Positions 17,162-26,808 of a stretch of 64,000 nucleotides of DNA are shown piece after piece. This stretch comes from Rikenella microfusus. Lineage in GTDB: Bacteria; Bacteroidota; Bacteroidia; Bacteroidales; VadinHA17. The position numbers and the translations under genes are program-made. The DNA lies in assembly GCA_022736275.1 (NCBI GenBank), contig DZBJ01000013.1, positions 220 through 64,219 on the forward strand, in the 5' to 3' direction. Below the pieces are notes generated by a model. The model did no database searches. It saw only the letters and a program-made list of their open reading frames with translations, and was not told the DNA's origin. Within the stretch, counting starts at the first letter, position 1. Each line of letters begins with the position of its first letter.

Positions 17162-17788
17162 TCAGCAGTGAAGCAAATAATCATCAACCGACCCGAATGA
17201 ATAACCCTCCTCAAGCGCTTTCTTAATGAACCTGTCGAGGTAAATGAGCGCGCTGCCCGAGGCAGTGTCATGCAGTACTATAACAGAGCCGGACCTCACC
17301 CTCTGTGACAGAATCTTGTAGGAATATTCAGGTGAAAGCTTCCTGTCAAAGTCATATGGCATGAGATCCCAGAAGACAATCCTCATAGTTCTTTCAAGTA
17401 TCCTGTATTGCCTGACACGAAGCCTGCCGTAAGGAGGCCTGAAAAGGTTGCTGCAGGTGATATCCCTGCCCCTGAATATGTCAGAACAGTAATATCTTAC
17501 TGACGTTGTCAGTCCGTTAAGATGGCTGAACCCGTGATTGCCGATTGTATGACCGTCAGCCGCAATTCCTGCAAAGAGAGACGGAGAGGCGAGTACCTTG
17601 CTCCCTGTGCAAAAGAAGGTGGCATGTACATCATGAGCCTTAAGCACCTCAAGTATCATGGGTGTTGAAGCCGGGTCAGGACCGTCATCAAAGGTGAGAT
17701 AAAGTCTTTTACCCATGCCCTTTATCCTGTAAACGGCTTCAGGGTAGATGATCCCCGCGGGAAACGGCCTGCCGTAGTTCCTGATCAT
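17162..17788 (-). CDS. Polysaccharide deacetylase (NodB homology domain) family protein
   Basis: LTFDDGPDP...ATFFCTG...GNHGFSH motifs. The start overlaps the upstream DUF2723 stop (ATGA). Confidence 0.85.
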   Translation of the reverse strand: MIRNYGRPFPAGIIYPEAVYRIKGMGKRLYLTFDDGPDPASTPMILEVLKAHDVHATFFCTGSKVLASPSLFAGIAADGHTIGNHGFSHLNGLTTSVRYYCSDIFRGRDITCSNLFRPPYGRLRVRQYRILERTMRIVFWDLMPYDFDRKLSPEYSYKILSQRVRSGSVIVLHDTASGSALIYLDRFIKKALEEGYSFGSVDDYLLHC

Positions 17789-20700
17789 CGCATCGGGACC
17801 TCTCCGTAATATCTTGTAAGTTCTCCGGAGGCCCGCGCTGCCAGTTCAGGCATGTCGAACCTTACAGCCATCCTGTAAGCATCAAGCAGAGCCTGCAACG
17901 ACACGGAGATGGTAAAGTCAAGTCCGTAGGTCTTTCCCTCGGGCAGGGCTGCAATGAAACTCAGCGATTCAAGTGCGTTGTCTGCAATTGCACTGAACAT
18001 CTTTTCAGCCTCCTCCTTCTTTCCTGCCATAGCGAGAGCTTCACCAAGATCACTGCTGAAATAATCATAAGGCATCTTTTCAGGAGGCACGATGCTCATT
18101 CCCTTTTCTGCCGCAGCTATTGCCCTGACAGTATCACCTTCGAGCACAAGCGCCCTGGAGAGTCTTGCATACTGGCGCCTGAAGACGTCCATCAACCTGC
18201 GGTTGTTCTCATCAAGGTAGACATGAGGTTCGCCGGCATTGCCAAACCTGAATCGGTTCATCATCTTTTCATACATATCCCTTGTATCAACCATCCCGGT
18301 CTCTCCGCCAGCCGGCGGATCGATCTTCACGGGGCTGACCCTGTAGGCCATCCCCTCCAGAAGGAAGAACTGCTCCAGACCTATATAGTTCGACGCCGTC
18401 ACGGTGACGGCATAGTACAAAGGTCGCTCCCAGTTGTTGCCTGCAATGATATCCATCACAGCCAGGTCATCCTTGATCGCCATCGACCCCTTGAACGTCC
18501 AGATCATAGGTCTGAGCATGCGACCGGCATGATAGGGCCGGACGGCTCCCGTGGCAATTACATGGGCTGAGTCTACGTCTACGATAAACACCCTGACGGG
18601 AATGAAATTGAAGTAGTCGCCCCTGCCCGAAAGATCCACCTTTGCCTTGGGATCATCCGATCCGGCGAACTCTACCACCTTCCTGATGGGGGTGGGCTCC
18701 TTTATCAGCTCCTCAACGGGCAGTTGCACGCGCTCACCCTCTTCATATTTGTCATACGGCAGAGTGAAAGGAAGAGGATCGGAATCAAATGCCTTACGGC
18801 TCATCGTCTCAATATAAAACCCGCTCTGGAGATAGCTGAGGTTCGCCACACGCACGTCTGTCCGGAAACCCTCCACGTCCTGGATATACCACAGGGGAAA
18901 TGAATCATTGTCGCCGTAGGTTAGCAAAATTGCATTCTCATCAACGGTAGAGAGATAATTTGCTGCAATATCTCTTGCAGTGTACCGGTCAGACCTGTCA
19001 TGGTCATCATAGTTCTGCAGCAGCATCAGAAGGGGAACGGCTGAAATCAGGATCACCGCCGGTGTGACTGCCGCCGGGTATTCCTTCGTCACCTTGCGGA
19101 GCAGGTCATAAATCAGCATGACGCCCATGCCGATCCAGATTGTGAATGCATAGAATGACCCGGCATAGGCATAATCGCGCTCCCTGGGCTGGCTGGGATT
19201 CTGGTTCAGGTAGGTCACAATTGCCAGACCTGTCATGATGAACAGGAGTGCCACAAGCAACAGTCCCTTCCTGTCGCGGCGGTACTGCCAGAAGATGCCG
19301 GCCAGTCCTGCCAGGAGAGGCAAAAGATAGTACCTGTTGCGGGCAGGACTGTTCTGGTTGGCGGCCGGCAGCAGCGACTGGTCGCCCAGTCGTGCCTTGT
19401 CAATAAAAGGAATACCCGATATCCAGTTGCCGTCCATGACGTTGCCGTTGCCCTGGACATCATTCTGCCGGCCGGCAAAGTTCCACATGAAATACCTGGC
19501 ATACATCACTCCCACCTGGTATCTGAAGAAGAAACGGAGGTTCTGCCCGAAGGTAGGCAGCGCAATCTGCTCAGTATCGCTGCCTGACCTGACAGAGAGC
19601 TTCCTTCCGCTGACCTTGCCCCAGTATTCATACTGACTTACATGATCGGGATCGCTGCTGTACATCCTGGGAAAGATGGTCATGAAGCGTTTGTCATATT
19701 CGTAGTTGCTCAGGTAGTAGGGCACATATTTACCCTCCTTCTTGTTGTAACCTCCCACCTTTTTTGTAACACCGGTCACCGGGGCCGAGTAATAATGGCC
19801 ATAAACCAGCGGAGCCCGGCCGTATTGGGTGCGGTTGATATAATAGATAAACGAGAATACATCCGAAGGATCATTCTGATTCATAGGCGGGTGGGCATTG
19901 GCCCTGATGATGATAAGGGAGAAGGAGGAGTAACCAAGGATCAGTACCGCCACCACCGTCAGCACCTGGTTAAGAATGATTTTGTTATTCTTCAGGGAAT
20001 ACCATATACCAAATACTATCAGCCCGACAAGAAGAATAAGGTATATATAGAGACCCGTATTATAAGGCAGTCCCAGCAAATTCACAAAGAAGAGCTCAAA
20101 CCATCCTGCCACCTTGGCCACCCCGGGTATGAAGAGGAAGTTAAGTACCCCCAGAAGGATAAAGCCTGAGATCAGAGCGAATACAACTCCCCTGCCTGTA
20201 ACGCTCCTTTTCCGGAAGTACCACAGGAGAACGAGCACCGGCAGTGCCAGCAGGTTCAGAAGATGCACTCCTATTGAAAGTCCCATGAGGTAGAATATGA
20301 GAATTATCCACCTGTTTGACCGCGGGTCATCAGCCTCATCATACCACCTGAGCATGGCCCAGAAGACAGCAGCGGTAAAGAGTGAACTGGTGGCATAGAC
20401 CTCTCCCTCAACGGCCGAGAACCAGAAGGTGTCGGAGAATGCGTAGGCAAGCGCACCCAGTGTGCCCGAAGCAAGGATAGCCACAGCCTTCCCTCCTTTG
20501 ACAGCCTGGCTGTCACCCGTGGCGAGCCTTACAAGCCTTGTCACCGTCCAGAAAAGAAACAGTATGGTGAATGCACTGGCCAGTGCGGACATAATGTTTA
20601 CCATCATTGCCACCTTTGAGGTGTCACCGCCCGCAAAGAGTGTAAAGAAACGACCGAGCAGCAGAAAGAGCGGAGCGCCGGGAGGGTGACCCACCTCGAG

Positions 20701-20838
20701 CCGGTAGGAACAGAGAATAAACTCACCGCAGTCCCAGAAGCTTACCGTCGGTTCAATTGTCATAAGATACACCACCAGTGAAACGGCGAATACCGCCCAT
20801 CCTGCAATGCTGTTCCAAAGCCGGAATCCTTTCATCAT
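17785..20838 (-). CDS. DUF2723 domain-containing large membrane protein (GT-C-like, putative glycosyltransferase)
   Basis: TVSFWDCGEFILCSYRLEVGHPPGAPLFLLLGRFF signature near the N-terminus and many TM helices. Start set at MMKGF (20838). The ORF-track start at 20892 would overlap mpg by 49 nt. Confidence 0.8.
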   Translation of the reverse strand: MMKGFRLWNSIAGWAVFAVSLVVYLMTIEPTVSFWDCGEFILCSYRLEVGHPPGAPLFLLLGRFFTLFAGGDTSKVAMMVNIMSALASAFTILFLFWTVTRLVRLATGDSQAVKGGKAVAILASGTLGALAYAFSDTFWFSAVEGEVYATSSLFTAAVFWAMLRWYDEADDPRSNRWIILIFYLMGLSIGVHLLNLLALPVLVLLWYFRKRSVTGRGVVFALISGFILLGVLNFLFIPGVAKVAGWFELFFVNLLGLPYNTGLYIYLILLVGLIVFGIWYSLKNNKIILNQVLTVVAVLILGYSSFSLIIIRANAHPPMNQNDPSDVFSFIYYINRTQYGRAPLVYGHYYSAPVTGVTKKVGGYNKKEGKYVPYYLSNYEYDKRFMTIFPRMYSSDPDHVSQYEYWGKVSGRKLSVRSGSDTEQIALPTFGQNLRFFFRYQVGVMYARYFMWNFAGRQNDVQGNGNVMDGNWISGIPFIDKARLGDQSLLPAANQNSPARNRYYLLPLLAGLAGIFWQYRRDRKGLLLVALLFIMTGLAIVTYLNQNPSQPRERDYAYAGSFYAFTIWIGMGVMLIYDLLRKVTKEYPAAVTPAVILISAVPLLMLLQNYDDHDRSDRYTARDIAANYLSTVDENAILLTYGDNDSFPLWYIQDVEGFRTDVRVANLSYLQSGFYIETMSRKAFDSDPLPFTLPYDKYEEGERVQLPVEELIKEPTPIRKVVEFAGSDDPKAKVDLSGRGDYFNFIPVRVFIVDVDSAHVIATGAVRPYHAGRMLRPMIWTFKGSMAIKDDLAVMDIIAGNNWERPLYYAVTVTASNYIGLEQFFLLEGMAYRVSPVKIDPPAGGETGMVDTRDMYEKMMNRFRFGNAGEPHVYLDENNRRLMDVFRRQYARLSRALVLEGDTVRAIAAAEKGMSIVPPEKMPYDYFSSDLGEALAMAGKKEEAEKMFSAIADNALESLSFIAALPEGKTYGLDFTISVSLQALLDAYRMAVRFDMPELAARASGELTRYYGEVPMR

Positions 20839-20843
20839 ATCTT

Positions 20844-21362
20844 TTATTTTAATTCTTCGCTGATGATAAACCGCCAGGGTTTGCTTACCCACGGCTCGCC
20901 TGCATAACCAATTCCCACGCGGGGTCCGGCAATAAGCTCCGGACGTGATCCTGTCTCCTCAATCCATACCCTTTCTGATGTTGTAAGGTCTTCACGGTTG
21001 AATGATCCGTCTATACCCATTCCCCTGGTAACACGTCCGGGGCCGGAAAAAGGTCCCGCACCCCTTATCAGTACCGCCTGGGGGTAATCAGCCGGGCCTG
21101 TTACCACATTCATCATCCAGTGCATGCCGTAGACGAAATACATATACAGATGCCCTCCCTCGAGATACATAGGCTCCGTTCTCCCGGTCCTCCCCCTGCT
21201 GGCATGACATGCCTTGTCGCCATCACTGAGGTAGGCTTCCGTCTCCGTTATCATGAACCGTGCGGTTCTGTCCTCTGAAGCCGTAACGATATTCATGCCC
21301 GGAAGCAGCTGTGCCACCGTCACCGCATCACTCAGAAAGAACGATCTGTCAACTCCCGGCAT
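20844..21362 (-). CDS. mpg: DNA-3-methyladenine glycosylase (Mpg/AAG family)
   Basis: ITETEAYLSDGDKACHASRGRTGRTEPMYLEGGHLYMYFVYGMHWMMNVV is characteristic of the AAG family. Confidence 0.88.
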   Translation of the reverse strand: MPGVDRSFFLSDAVTVAQLLPGMNIVTASEDRTARFMITETEAYLSDGDKACHASRGRTGRTEPMYLEGGHLYMYFVYGMHWMMNVVTGPADYPQAVLIRGAGPFSGPGRVTRGMGIDGSFNREDLTTSERVWIEETGSRPELIAGPRVGIGYAGEPWVSKPWRFIISEELK

Positions 21363-21371
21363 CTGTCAAGG

Positions 21372-21857
21372 TCAGTATTGTATCTTACCGGGGAACTCCT
21401 CCCACATTCTCAGGACACTGTCACCCTCCTTTTCCAATCCGCGGTCCATGACGATGCTTCTCTCACTGTTGGCCAGTGCCAGCTCAGCATAAATCCTCTC
21501 GTCATCAAAGCCTGCAGCTGCTGCACGGTACCGGTCAGAGGCATATACTATCCGCCTGATGCCTGCCCAGTAGATAGCCCCGAGGCACATGGGGCAGGGC
21601 TCGCACGAAGCAAAAATGACACAGTCGCTGAGGTCATGCGTGACAAGGGCCTCCGCTGCAAGCCTGATGGCCTGCACCTCGGCATGCGCCGTGGGATCGT
21701 GCTCCGGGACAACCCTGTTGCCGGCACGGGACACTACCTGCCCGTGTCTGACAATAACAGCTCCGAAGGGACCCCCGCCTGCTCTCATGTTTTCTTCAGC
21801 GGCGCCTATAGCCAGCTCAAGGAATTTCCTGTCTTCACCGTTAAGTTTCATGGTCAC
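21372..21857 (-). CDS. guaD: Guanine deaminase (GuaD-type CDA-fold nucleoside deaminase)
   Basis: GGPFGAVIV...DPTAHAEVQAIR...CEPCPMCLGAIYWAG...AGFDDERIY is collinear with Bacillus subtilis GuaD as I recall it. Confidence 0.8.
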   Translation of the reverse strand: MTMKLNGEDRKFLELAIGAAEENMRAGGGPFGAVIVRHGQVVSRAGNRVVPEHDPTAHAEVQAIRLAAEALVTHDLSDCVIFASCEPCPMCLGAIYWAGIRRIVYASDRYRAAAAGFDDERIYAELALANSERSIVMDRGLEKEGDSVLRMWEEFPGKIQY

Positions 21858-22119
21858 CGTTTATGGCAATTAACAGCGTGTAAAAATAAGAAAAGAATGC
21901 GGCACCGGTAAATGAACTGAAAGTATCATCGCTGAATATTGAAATAAAAATGAGGGAGATAAAGAGCAGGAACGGGTAACCGGCCATAATGACACGGCCA
22001 TTAGAAATGAAGCCGGGAGGAGGCAGACGGAATGTATGGTGGTGTGAGCGTCTCTGCTGAACATCCGGATGGTAAAGAAATTAAAAGTACAACATATTGC
22101 TCGAAATAAAAATAAGTTG

Positions 22120-22127
22120 TATTTTTG
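22120..22127 (+). promoter_or_regulatory. Bacteroidota -7 promoter box TATTTTTG
   Basis: Exact TAnnTTTG match 63 nt upstream of rplM. A TTG lies about 20 nt further upstream. Confidence 0.4.
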
Positions 22128-22128
22128 C

Positions 22129-22155
22129 AAACCCCAAAATTGGGGTTTTTATTTT
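22129..22155 (+). terminator. Terminator-like palindromic hairpin in the rplM upstream region
   Basis: The aaacccc/ggggttt stem is followed by ttattttg. No + strand gene lies upstream. Confidence 0.4.
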
Positions 22156-22189
22156 GAAAAATCATTAATTAACAAAACCTTAGTACAAA

Positions 22190-22645
22190 GTGAACACCTT
22201 AAGCTACAAGACAGTTTCAGCCAACAAGGCGACTGTAGAGAAAGAGTGGGTACTTGTTGATGCGGAGGGTCAGACACTCGGTCGTCTGGCATCTATCGTT
22301 GCCCTGATGCTGAGGGGGAAGCACAAGACAAGCTTCACACCTCATGTTGACTGCGGCGATAACGTGATTGTTATCAACGCTGAAAAAGTCACAATGACGG
22401 GCAACAAGATGACTGACAAAGAGTATATCAGGCATACCGGCTATCCCGGTGGCCAGAGGATCGTCAAGGCTGATGAGCTTATGAAGAAGCATCCTGTGCG
22501 GCTTATTGAATATGCCGTCAAGGGAATGCTTCCGAAAAACAGGCTTGGAAGCGCCATCTTCAGGAACCTTTATGTGTATGAGGGCAACGCACACAAACAC
22601 GAGGCCCAGCAACCTAAATTAATCGATTTAAAAACCATTAAGTAA
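22190..22645 (+). CDS. rplM: 50S ribosomal protein L13
   Basis: KEWVLVDAEGQTLGRLAS...HTGYPGG. 151 aa, followed by rpsI. Confidence 0.97.
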   Translation: MNTLSYKTVSANKATVEKEWVLVDAEGQTLGRLASIVALMLRGKHKTSFTPHVDCGDNVIVINAEKVTMTGNKMTDKEYIRHTGYPGGQRIVKADELMKKHPVRLIEYAVKGMLPKNRLGSAIFRNLYVYEGNAHKHEAQQPKLIDLKTIK

Positions 22646-22650
22646 GAACC

Positions 22651-23037
22651 ATGGAAGTTATTAACGCTATCGGAAGAAGGAAGGCGGCAGTCGCCAGGGT
22701 TTACCTCAACGACGGCAAGGGACAGATCACGATCAACGACAGGGAGTACAAGCAGTACTTCCCGAATGAGATCCTGCAGTATGTCATCCTTCAGCCCCTT
22801 AACCTTCTCAATGTTGCCGACAAATATGACATCAAAGTCACCCTTGACGGCGGTGGATCAAAAGGTCAGGCAGAGGCGATACGTCTTGGGATTTCCAGGG
22901 CCCTGATCAAGATTGATCCGGAGTACAAGCCCAAACTGAAAGCTGAAGGTTTCACCACCCGCGATCCCCGCGAAGTGGAAAGAAAGAAGCCAGGTCAGCC
23001 CAAGGCACGCAAGAGGTTCCAGTTCAGCAAGCGTTAG
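22651..23037 (+). CDS. rpsI: 30S ribosomal protein S9
   Basis: GRRKAAVARVYL...GGGSKGQAEAIRLGISRAL...KKPGQPKARKRFQFSKR. Confidence 0.97.
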   Translation: MEVINAIGRRKAAVARVYLNDGKGQITINDREYKQYFPNEILQYVILQPLNLLNVADKYDIKVTLDGGGSKGQAEAIRLGISRALIKIDPEYKPKLKAEGFTTRDPREVERKKPGQPKARKRFQFSKR

Positions 23038-23154
23038 GAGTTCAATAGCAATTATTTATAGATGCAGGTTTAGTATCTAAATTGCATTGACTTCCCGCAA
23101 GGAACTACTCTGCAATTGACTTAACAGAACGTAAACTTAACAATCACAATCAAA

Positions 23155-24018
23155 ATGTCAAGAACCAATTTCAAAGAATTACTTGATGCCGGTGTGCACT
23201 TCGGGCACCTTAAAAGAAAATGGAACCCGGCAATGGCTCCCTATATATTTATGGAGCGCAACGGCATCCACATCATTGACCTCGAAAAGACTGCAGTAAG
23301 AATCGACGAGGCCGCTTCTGCAATGAAGCAGATAGCAAAATCAGGCCGCAAGGTTCTCTTCGTGGCAACAAAAAAACAGGCGAAGGATATCGTGGCCGAA
23401 AAGGTCGGAGCAGTTAACATGCCCTACGTCACCGAAAGGTGGCCGGGAGGAATGCTCACCAACTTCCCCACCATCCGCAAGGCTGTAAAGAAGATGGGAT
23501 CAATAGACAAAATGGCCGTCGACGGAACATTTGACAACCTCTCCAAGAGAGAGAAGCTGCAGATAACCCGCCAGAGAACCAAACTGGAGAAGAACCTCGG
23601 CTCAATAGCCGACATGACCCGCCAGCCCTCAGCTCTGTTCGTCGTTGATGTGGCCAAGGAACATATTGCCGTGCATGAGGCAAAAAGACTTGGGATACCG
23701 GTATTCGCCATGGTTGACACCAACTCGGACCCATCAGAGATCGATTTCGTGATACCTGCAAATGATGACGCTGCAAAGTCAATATCACTCGTGGTAGACA
23801 TTATGTGCCAGGCTATTGCAGAAGGACTCAACGAGCGCAAGGCGGAAAAAGATAAGGACAGCGCCACCTCGGAAAAGGATGAGATGACGGAAAGTCCGCG
23901 CAAAGGCAAATTCAGCGCCCTCGATTATGAGGAAAAGCCGGTAGTGAAGGCTGAAGAAACGGAAGAAGTGTCAGGGATCGTTGCGGAAGAAGCTGAAGCC
24001 GAAACCACAGAGGAATAA
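23155..24018 (+). CDS. rpsB: 30S ribosomal protein S2 (acidic C-terminal tail)
   Basis: LLDAGVHFGHLKRKWNPAMAPYIF...VVDVAKEHIAVHEAKRLGIPV. Confidence 0.97.
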   Translation: MSRTNFKELLDAGVHFGHLKRKWNPAMAPYIFMERNGIHIIDLEKTAVRIDEAASAMKQIAKSGRKVLFVATKKQAKDIVAEKVGAVNMPYVTERWPGGMLTNFPTIRKAVKKMGSIDKMAVDGTFDNLSKREKLQITRQRTKLEKNLGSIADMTRQPSALFVVDVAKEHIAVHEAKRLGIPVFAMVDTNSDPSEIDFVIPANDDAAKSISLVVDIMCQAIAEGLNERKAEKDKDSATSEKDEMTESPRKGKFSALDYEEKPVVKAEETEEVSGIVAEEAEAETTEE

Positions 24019-24051
24019 TAAGAAGATCAACCATTTAACGTATTTACAACT

Positions 24052-24882
24052 ATGTCAAATATTAGTGCTGCCGATGTCGCCAAACTGAGAAGATTAACAG
24101 GCGCCGGCATGATGGACTGTAAAAAAGCCCTTGAAGAAGCAGGAGGCGACTTCGAAAAAGGACAGGAACTTATACGCAAGAGAGGCCAGGCTATTGCCAA
24201 CAAGCGCGCTGACCGTGAGGCCAGCGAGGGTGTTGTGCTTGCCCAGACTACCGCCGGCGGAAAAACCGGCATGATGATTTCACTTAACTGCGAGACTGAT
24301 TTTGTGGCAAAGAACGCTGACTTTATCGCTCTCGGTCACAAAATCCTTGATGCAGCACTGAAAGCCGGCCCTGCCGACCTCGACGGGCTGAAGGAAATTA
24401 CAGTTGACGGGAAGAAAGCTTCAGAGCTTGTTATTGAGAAGAGCGGTATCACAGGGGAGAAATTCGAACTCACTTTCTTCAGCAGCATCAGCGCTCCTGC
24501 CGTGCAGGCATATATCCACCAGGGAAACAAGCTTGCCACTCTCGTCGGCTTCAGCAAAGCCGGCATCGATGTACAGGTATATAAGGATGTCGCAATGCAG
24601 GTGGCTGCCATGAACCCCGTCTCCGTCGACAAGGATGACGTTCCGGCAAAGATACTGGCACAGGAGCTCGAGATAGCGAAGGAACAGGCTCGCCGTGAAG
24701 GCAAACCGGCCGACATGCTCGATAAGATCGCACAGGGCAAGCTGAACAAATTCTTCAAGGAGGGTACCCTCATGAACCAGGAGTTCATCAAAGACAGCAA
24801 GCTCTCCGTCAGGCAATACCTTGAAAGCAAGGATAAAGGCCTAAAGGCAACGGGATTTGTCCGCTACACGCTGAACATATGA
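24052..24882 (+). CDS. tsf: Translation elongation factor Ts
   Basis: ISAADVAKLRRLTGAGMMDCKKALEEAGGDFEKGQELIRKRG UBA-like N-terminus. Confidence 0.97.
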   Translation: MSNISAADVAKLRRLTGAGMMDCKKALEEAGGDFEKGQELIRKRGQAIANKRADREASEGVVLAQTTAGGKTGMMISLNCETDFVAKNADFIALGHKILDAALKAGPADLDGLKEITVDGKKASELVIEKSGITGEKFELTFFSSISAPAVQAYIHQGNKLATLVGFSKAGIDVQVYKDVAMQVAAMNPVSVDKDDVPAKILAQELEIAKEQARREGKPADMLDKIAQGKLNKFFKEGTLMNQEFIKDSKLSVRQYLESKDKGLKATGFVRYTLNI

Positions 24883-24910
24883 TGATTAAATAAGTAATGA
24901 CTTCAAATGA

Positions 24911-24941
24911 AGCGGTGCTCAATACGGGCACCGCTTTTTTT
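24911..24941 (+). terminator. Intrinsic terminator after tsf
   Basis: agcggtgc/gcaccgct stem followed by a T7 run. Confidence 0.8.
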
Positions 24942-25112
24942 GTGTCATTTCACATTAAAAATTCGTAAATTGTATGACTGAATTATTGCAAACCTATGAA
25001 ACCCGCATGGTTGACCACAATCACAAACAAGAATAGATTTATTTTACAAGCATGTGTGGTTCTCCCGCCAGGGCGGGGCAGGCTATCATACCTTTAAAAT
25101 TAAAACTATATA

Positions 25113-25319
25113 ATGATGAAAAAGAACATTGGTAAAACCGACATGATTGTCAGACTTGTACTGGCAGCAGTGCTTGTAATCCTCTATTTTATCGGCGTGG
25201 GGAAGTTCCTCGGACTGATCTTTATTCTCCTTGCCATCATCCTTGTTGCCACAGCCCTGACACAGACCTGCCCGATTTGGTACATCTTCAGGACAGATAC
25301 ACTCGACAAAAAGGAATAA
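25113..25319 (+). CDS. DUF2892 (YgaP-like) small membrane protein
   Basis: 68 aa with the NIGKTDMIVRLVL...two TM helices...TQTCPIW pattern typical of the family. Confidence 0.7.
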   Translation: MMKKNIGKTDMIVRLVLAAVLVILYFIGVGKFLGLIFILLAIILVATALTQTCPIWYIFRTDTLDKKE

Positions 25320-25349
25320 CCTTCTGCCGAAGCGGTATTTTTCAGATGC

Positions 25350-25374
25350 AACGACGCTCATCACGGGCGTCGTT
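25350..25374 (+). terminator. Hairpin after the DUF2892 gene (weak terminator)
   Basis: aacgacgc/gcgtcgtt stem. The downstream tract is only moderately T-rich. Confidence 0.4.
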
Positions 25375-25451
25375 ACATATTTTATATGAGCCAATATATC
25401 GGGGCACTTTTTTTGCTATTTTCGTTACCATCATAAAAACAGATTGTTGCA

Positions 25452-26159
25452 ATGAAATACAAAAGAATACTGCTGAAACTCAGTGGCGAGTCTGCCGGAG
25501 GCTCTGACGGTACGGGACTTGATAGCGATGTGCTTGCAGGTTACGCCCGGCAGATACATAAAGTAGTCTCCTCGGGCTGCCAGGTGGCCGTTGTAATCGG
25601 CGGGGGCAATATATTCCGCGGACTGGGGAGCAGCGGGGAGGGCTATGACCGTGTCAAGGGCGACCAGATGGGGATGCTTGCCACAGTCATCAACAGCCTT
25701 GCCCTGGAGAGCTTCCTTGTCAGGGCCGGTTGCAGTGCAAAGGTATTTACCTCTATCCGTATGGAACCCGTGGGGGAACTATACAGCAGGGATAAAGTCT
25801 CGGCTGCCCTTGACTGCGGATGCGTCTGCATCCTTGCAGGAGGAACCGGCAATCCGTTCTTTACCACCGATACCGCGGCAGCACTGCGGGCCGTGGAGCT
25901 CAACTGCGACGTGCTGCTCAAGGGAACCCGCGTCGATGGCGTCTATACCGCCGATCCCGAAAAGGACCCAGCGGCTGTCAGGTATGATAACCTCACTTTC
26001 AGGGAGGCCATTGAAAAGAACCTGAGGGTGATGGACCAGACCGCATTCTCAATGTGCAGCGAGAACAGAATGCCTGTAATCGTGTTCGATATGAACCGGG
26101 ATGGTAACCTCGAGGCTGTCATTTCAGGCAGCAGGTGCGGCACACTTATTGCACTCTGA
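25452..26159 (+). CDS. pyrH: UMP kinase
   Basis: YKRILLKLSGE...VVIGGGNIFRG...TTDTAAALRA. Confidence 0.96.
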   Translation: MKYKRILLKLSGESAGGSDGTGLDSDVLAGYARQIHKVVSSGCQVAVVIGGGNIFRGLGSSGEGYDRVKGDQMGMLATVINSLALESFLVRAGCSAKVFTSIRMEPVGELYSRDKVSAALDCGCVCILAGGTGNPFFTTDTAAALRAVELNCDVLLKGTRVDGVYTADPEKDPAAVRYDNLTFREAIEKNLRVMDQTAFSMCSENRMPVIVFDMNRDGNLEAVISGSRCGTLIAL

Positions 26160-26172
26160 AAGGAATTTTCTT

Positions 26173-26180
26173 TACATTTG
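26173..26180 (+). promoter_or_regulatory. Bacteroidota -7 promoter box TACATTTG
   Basis: Exact TAnnTTTG match 26 nt upstream of the frr ATG at 26206. Confidence 0.45.
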
Positions 26181-26205
26181 TTACAACCAGAATAATTATT
26201 ATCAC

Positions 26206-26769
26206 ATGACTGAAGACTTGGAACTGATCAGAGACGAAGCCGAAGAGAGGATGGAAAAGGCCATCAAACATCTCGAATACGAACTTTCGCATCTTCGCGC
26301 CGGAAGGGCTAACCCCCTGCTGCTCGACGGCATTAACGTCGACTATTACGGCACCAGCACGCCACTGTCACAGGTCTCCAACATAAATACTCCTGACGCC
26401 AAGAGCATACTCATCCAGCCCTGGGAGAAAAACATGCTGGGCATCATCGAAAAGGCTATCCTCGCTGCAAATATCGGTATGACCCCGATCAACAACGGGG
26501 AGGTCATACGGATCAATGTGCCTCCCCTTACCGAAGAGCGAAGGCATCAGCTGGTTAAACAGGTGAAGCAGGAGGGAGAGACTGCCAAGATCAGCATCCG
26601 GACAAGTCGCAAGTGGTTCCTTGATGAGCTGAAAACACTGCTTAAGGAGGGATTGCCTGAAGATGAGGAGAAAACAGGGGAAAAACTGATCCAGGATATG
26701 ACCGACAAGCATATTTCACGTGTCGACAAGACAATGGAGAGCAAGGAAAAGGAGATCATGACCGTATAA
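26206..26769 (+). CDS. frr: Ribosome recycling factor
   Basis: MTEDLELIRDEAEERMEKAIKHLEYELSHLRAGRANP is the conserved N-terminus. The ORF-track start at 26101 overlaps pyrH and adds non-homologous residues. Confidence 0.95.
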   Translation: MTEDLELIRDEAEERMEKAIKHLEYELSHLRAGRANPLLLDGINVDYYGTSTPLSQVSNINTPDAKSILIQPWEKNMLGIIEKAILAANIGMTPINNGEVIRINVPPLTEERRHQLVKQVKQEGETAKISIRTSRKWFLDELKTLLKEGLPEDEEKTGEKLIQDMTDKHISRVDKTMESKEKEIMTV

Positions 26770-26773
26770 TTGA

Positions 26774-26808
26774 AAGAGGCTGTCTCATAAGGGGCAGCCT
26801 CTTTTTTT
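26774..26808 (+). terminator. Intrinsic terminator after frr
   Basis: aagaggctg/cagcctctt stem followed by a T-run. Confidence 0.8.

Noticed and set aside
20839-20892. N-terminal extension of the DUF2723 ORF (MGKQTLAVYHQRRIKIKD)
   Set aside because: It would overlap the mpg 3' end by 49 nt. The MMKGFRLW start at 20838 directly precedes the first TM helix.
21870-22130. 86-aa minus-strand ORF in the guaD-rplM intergenic region
   Set aside because: It lies in an AT-rich divergent promoter region and overlaps the predicted rplM promoter. The sequence is Phe/Leu/Ser-rich with no recognisable family, so it is probably non-coding. A small membrane protein cannot be fully excluded.
23080-23125. Repeated attgactt words and a 4-bp hairpin upstream of rpsB as a possible S2 leader
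   Set aside because: The repeats are short and the stem is too weak to support a structured leader without comparative data.
26101-26205. ORF-track N-terminal extension of frr. Analogous extensions occur for sdhA (47535-47591), glyQS (56121-56297), DUF5009 (41060-41104), PhzF (43112-43138) and the S41 peptidase (44398-44427).
   Set aside because: The extensions overlap upstream genes, promoters or terminators and add non-conserved residues. The internal ATGs give canonical N-termini.
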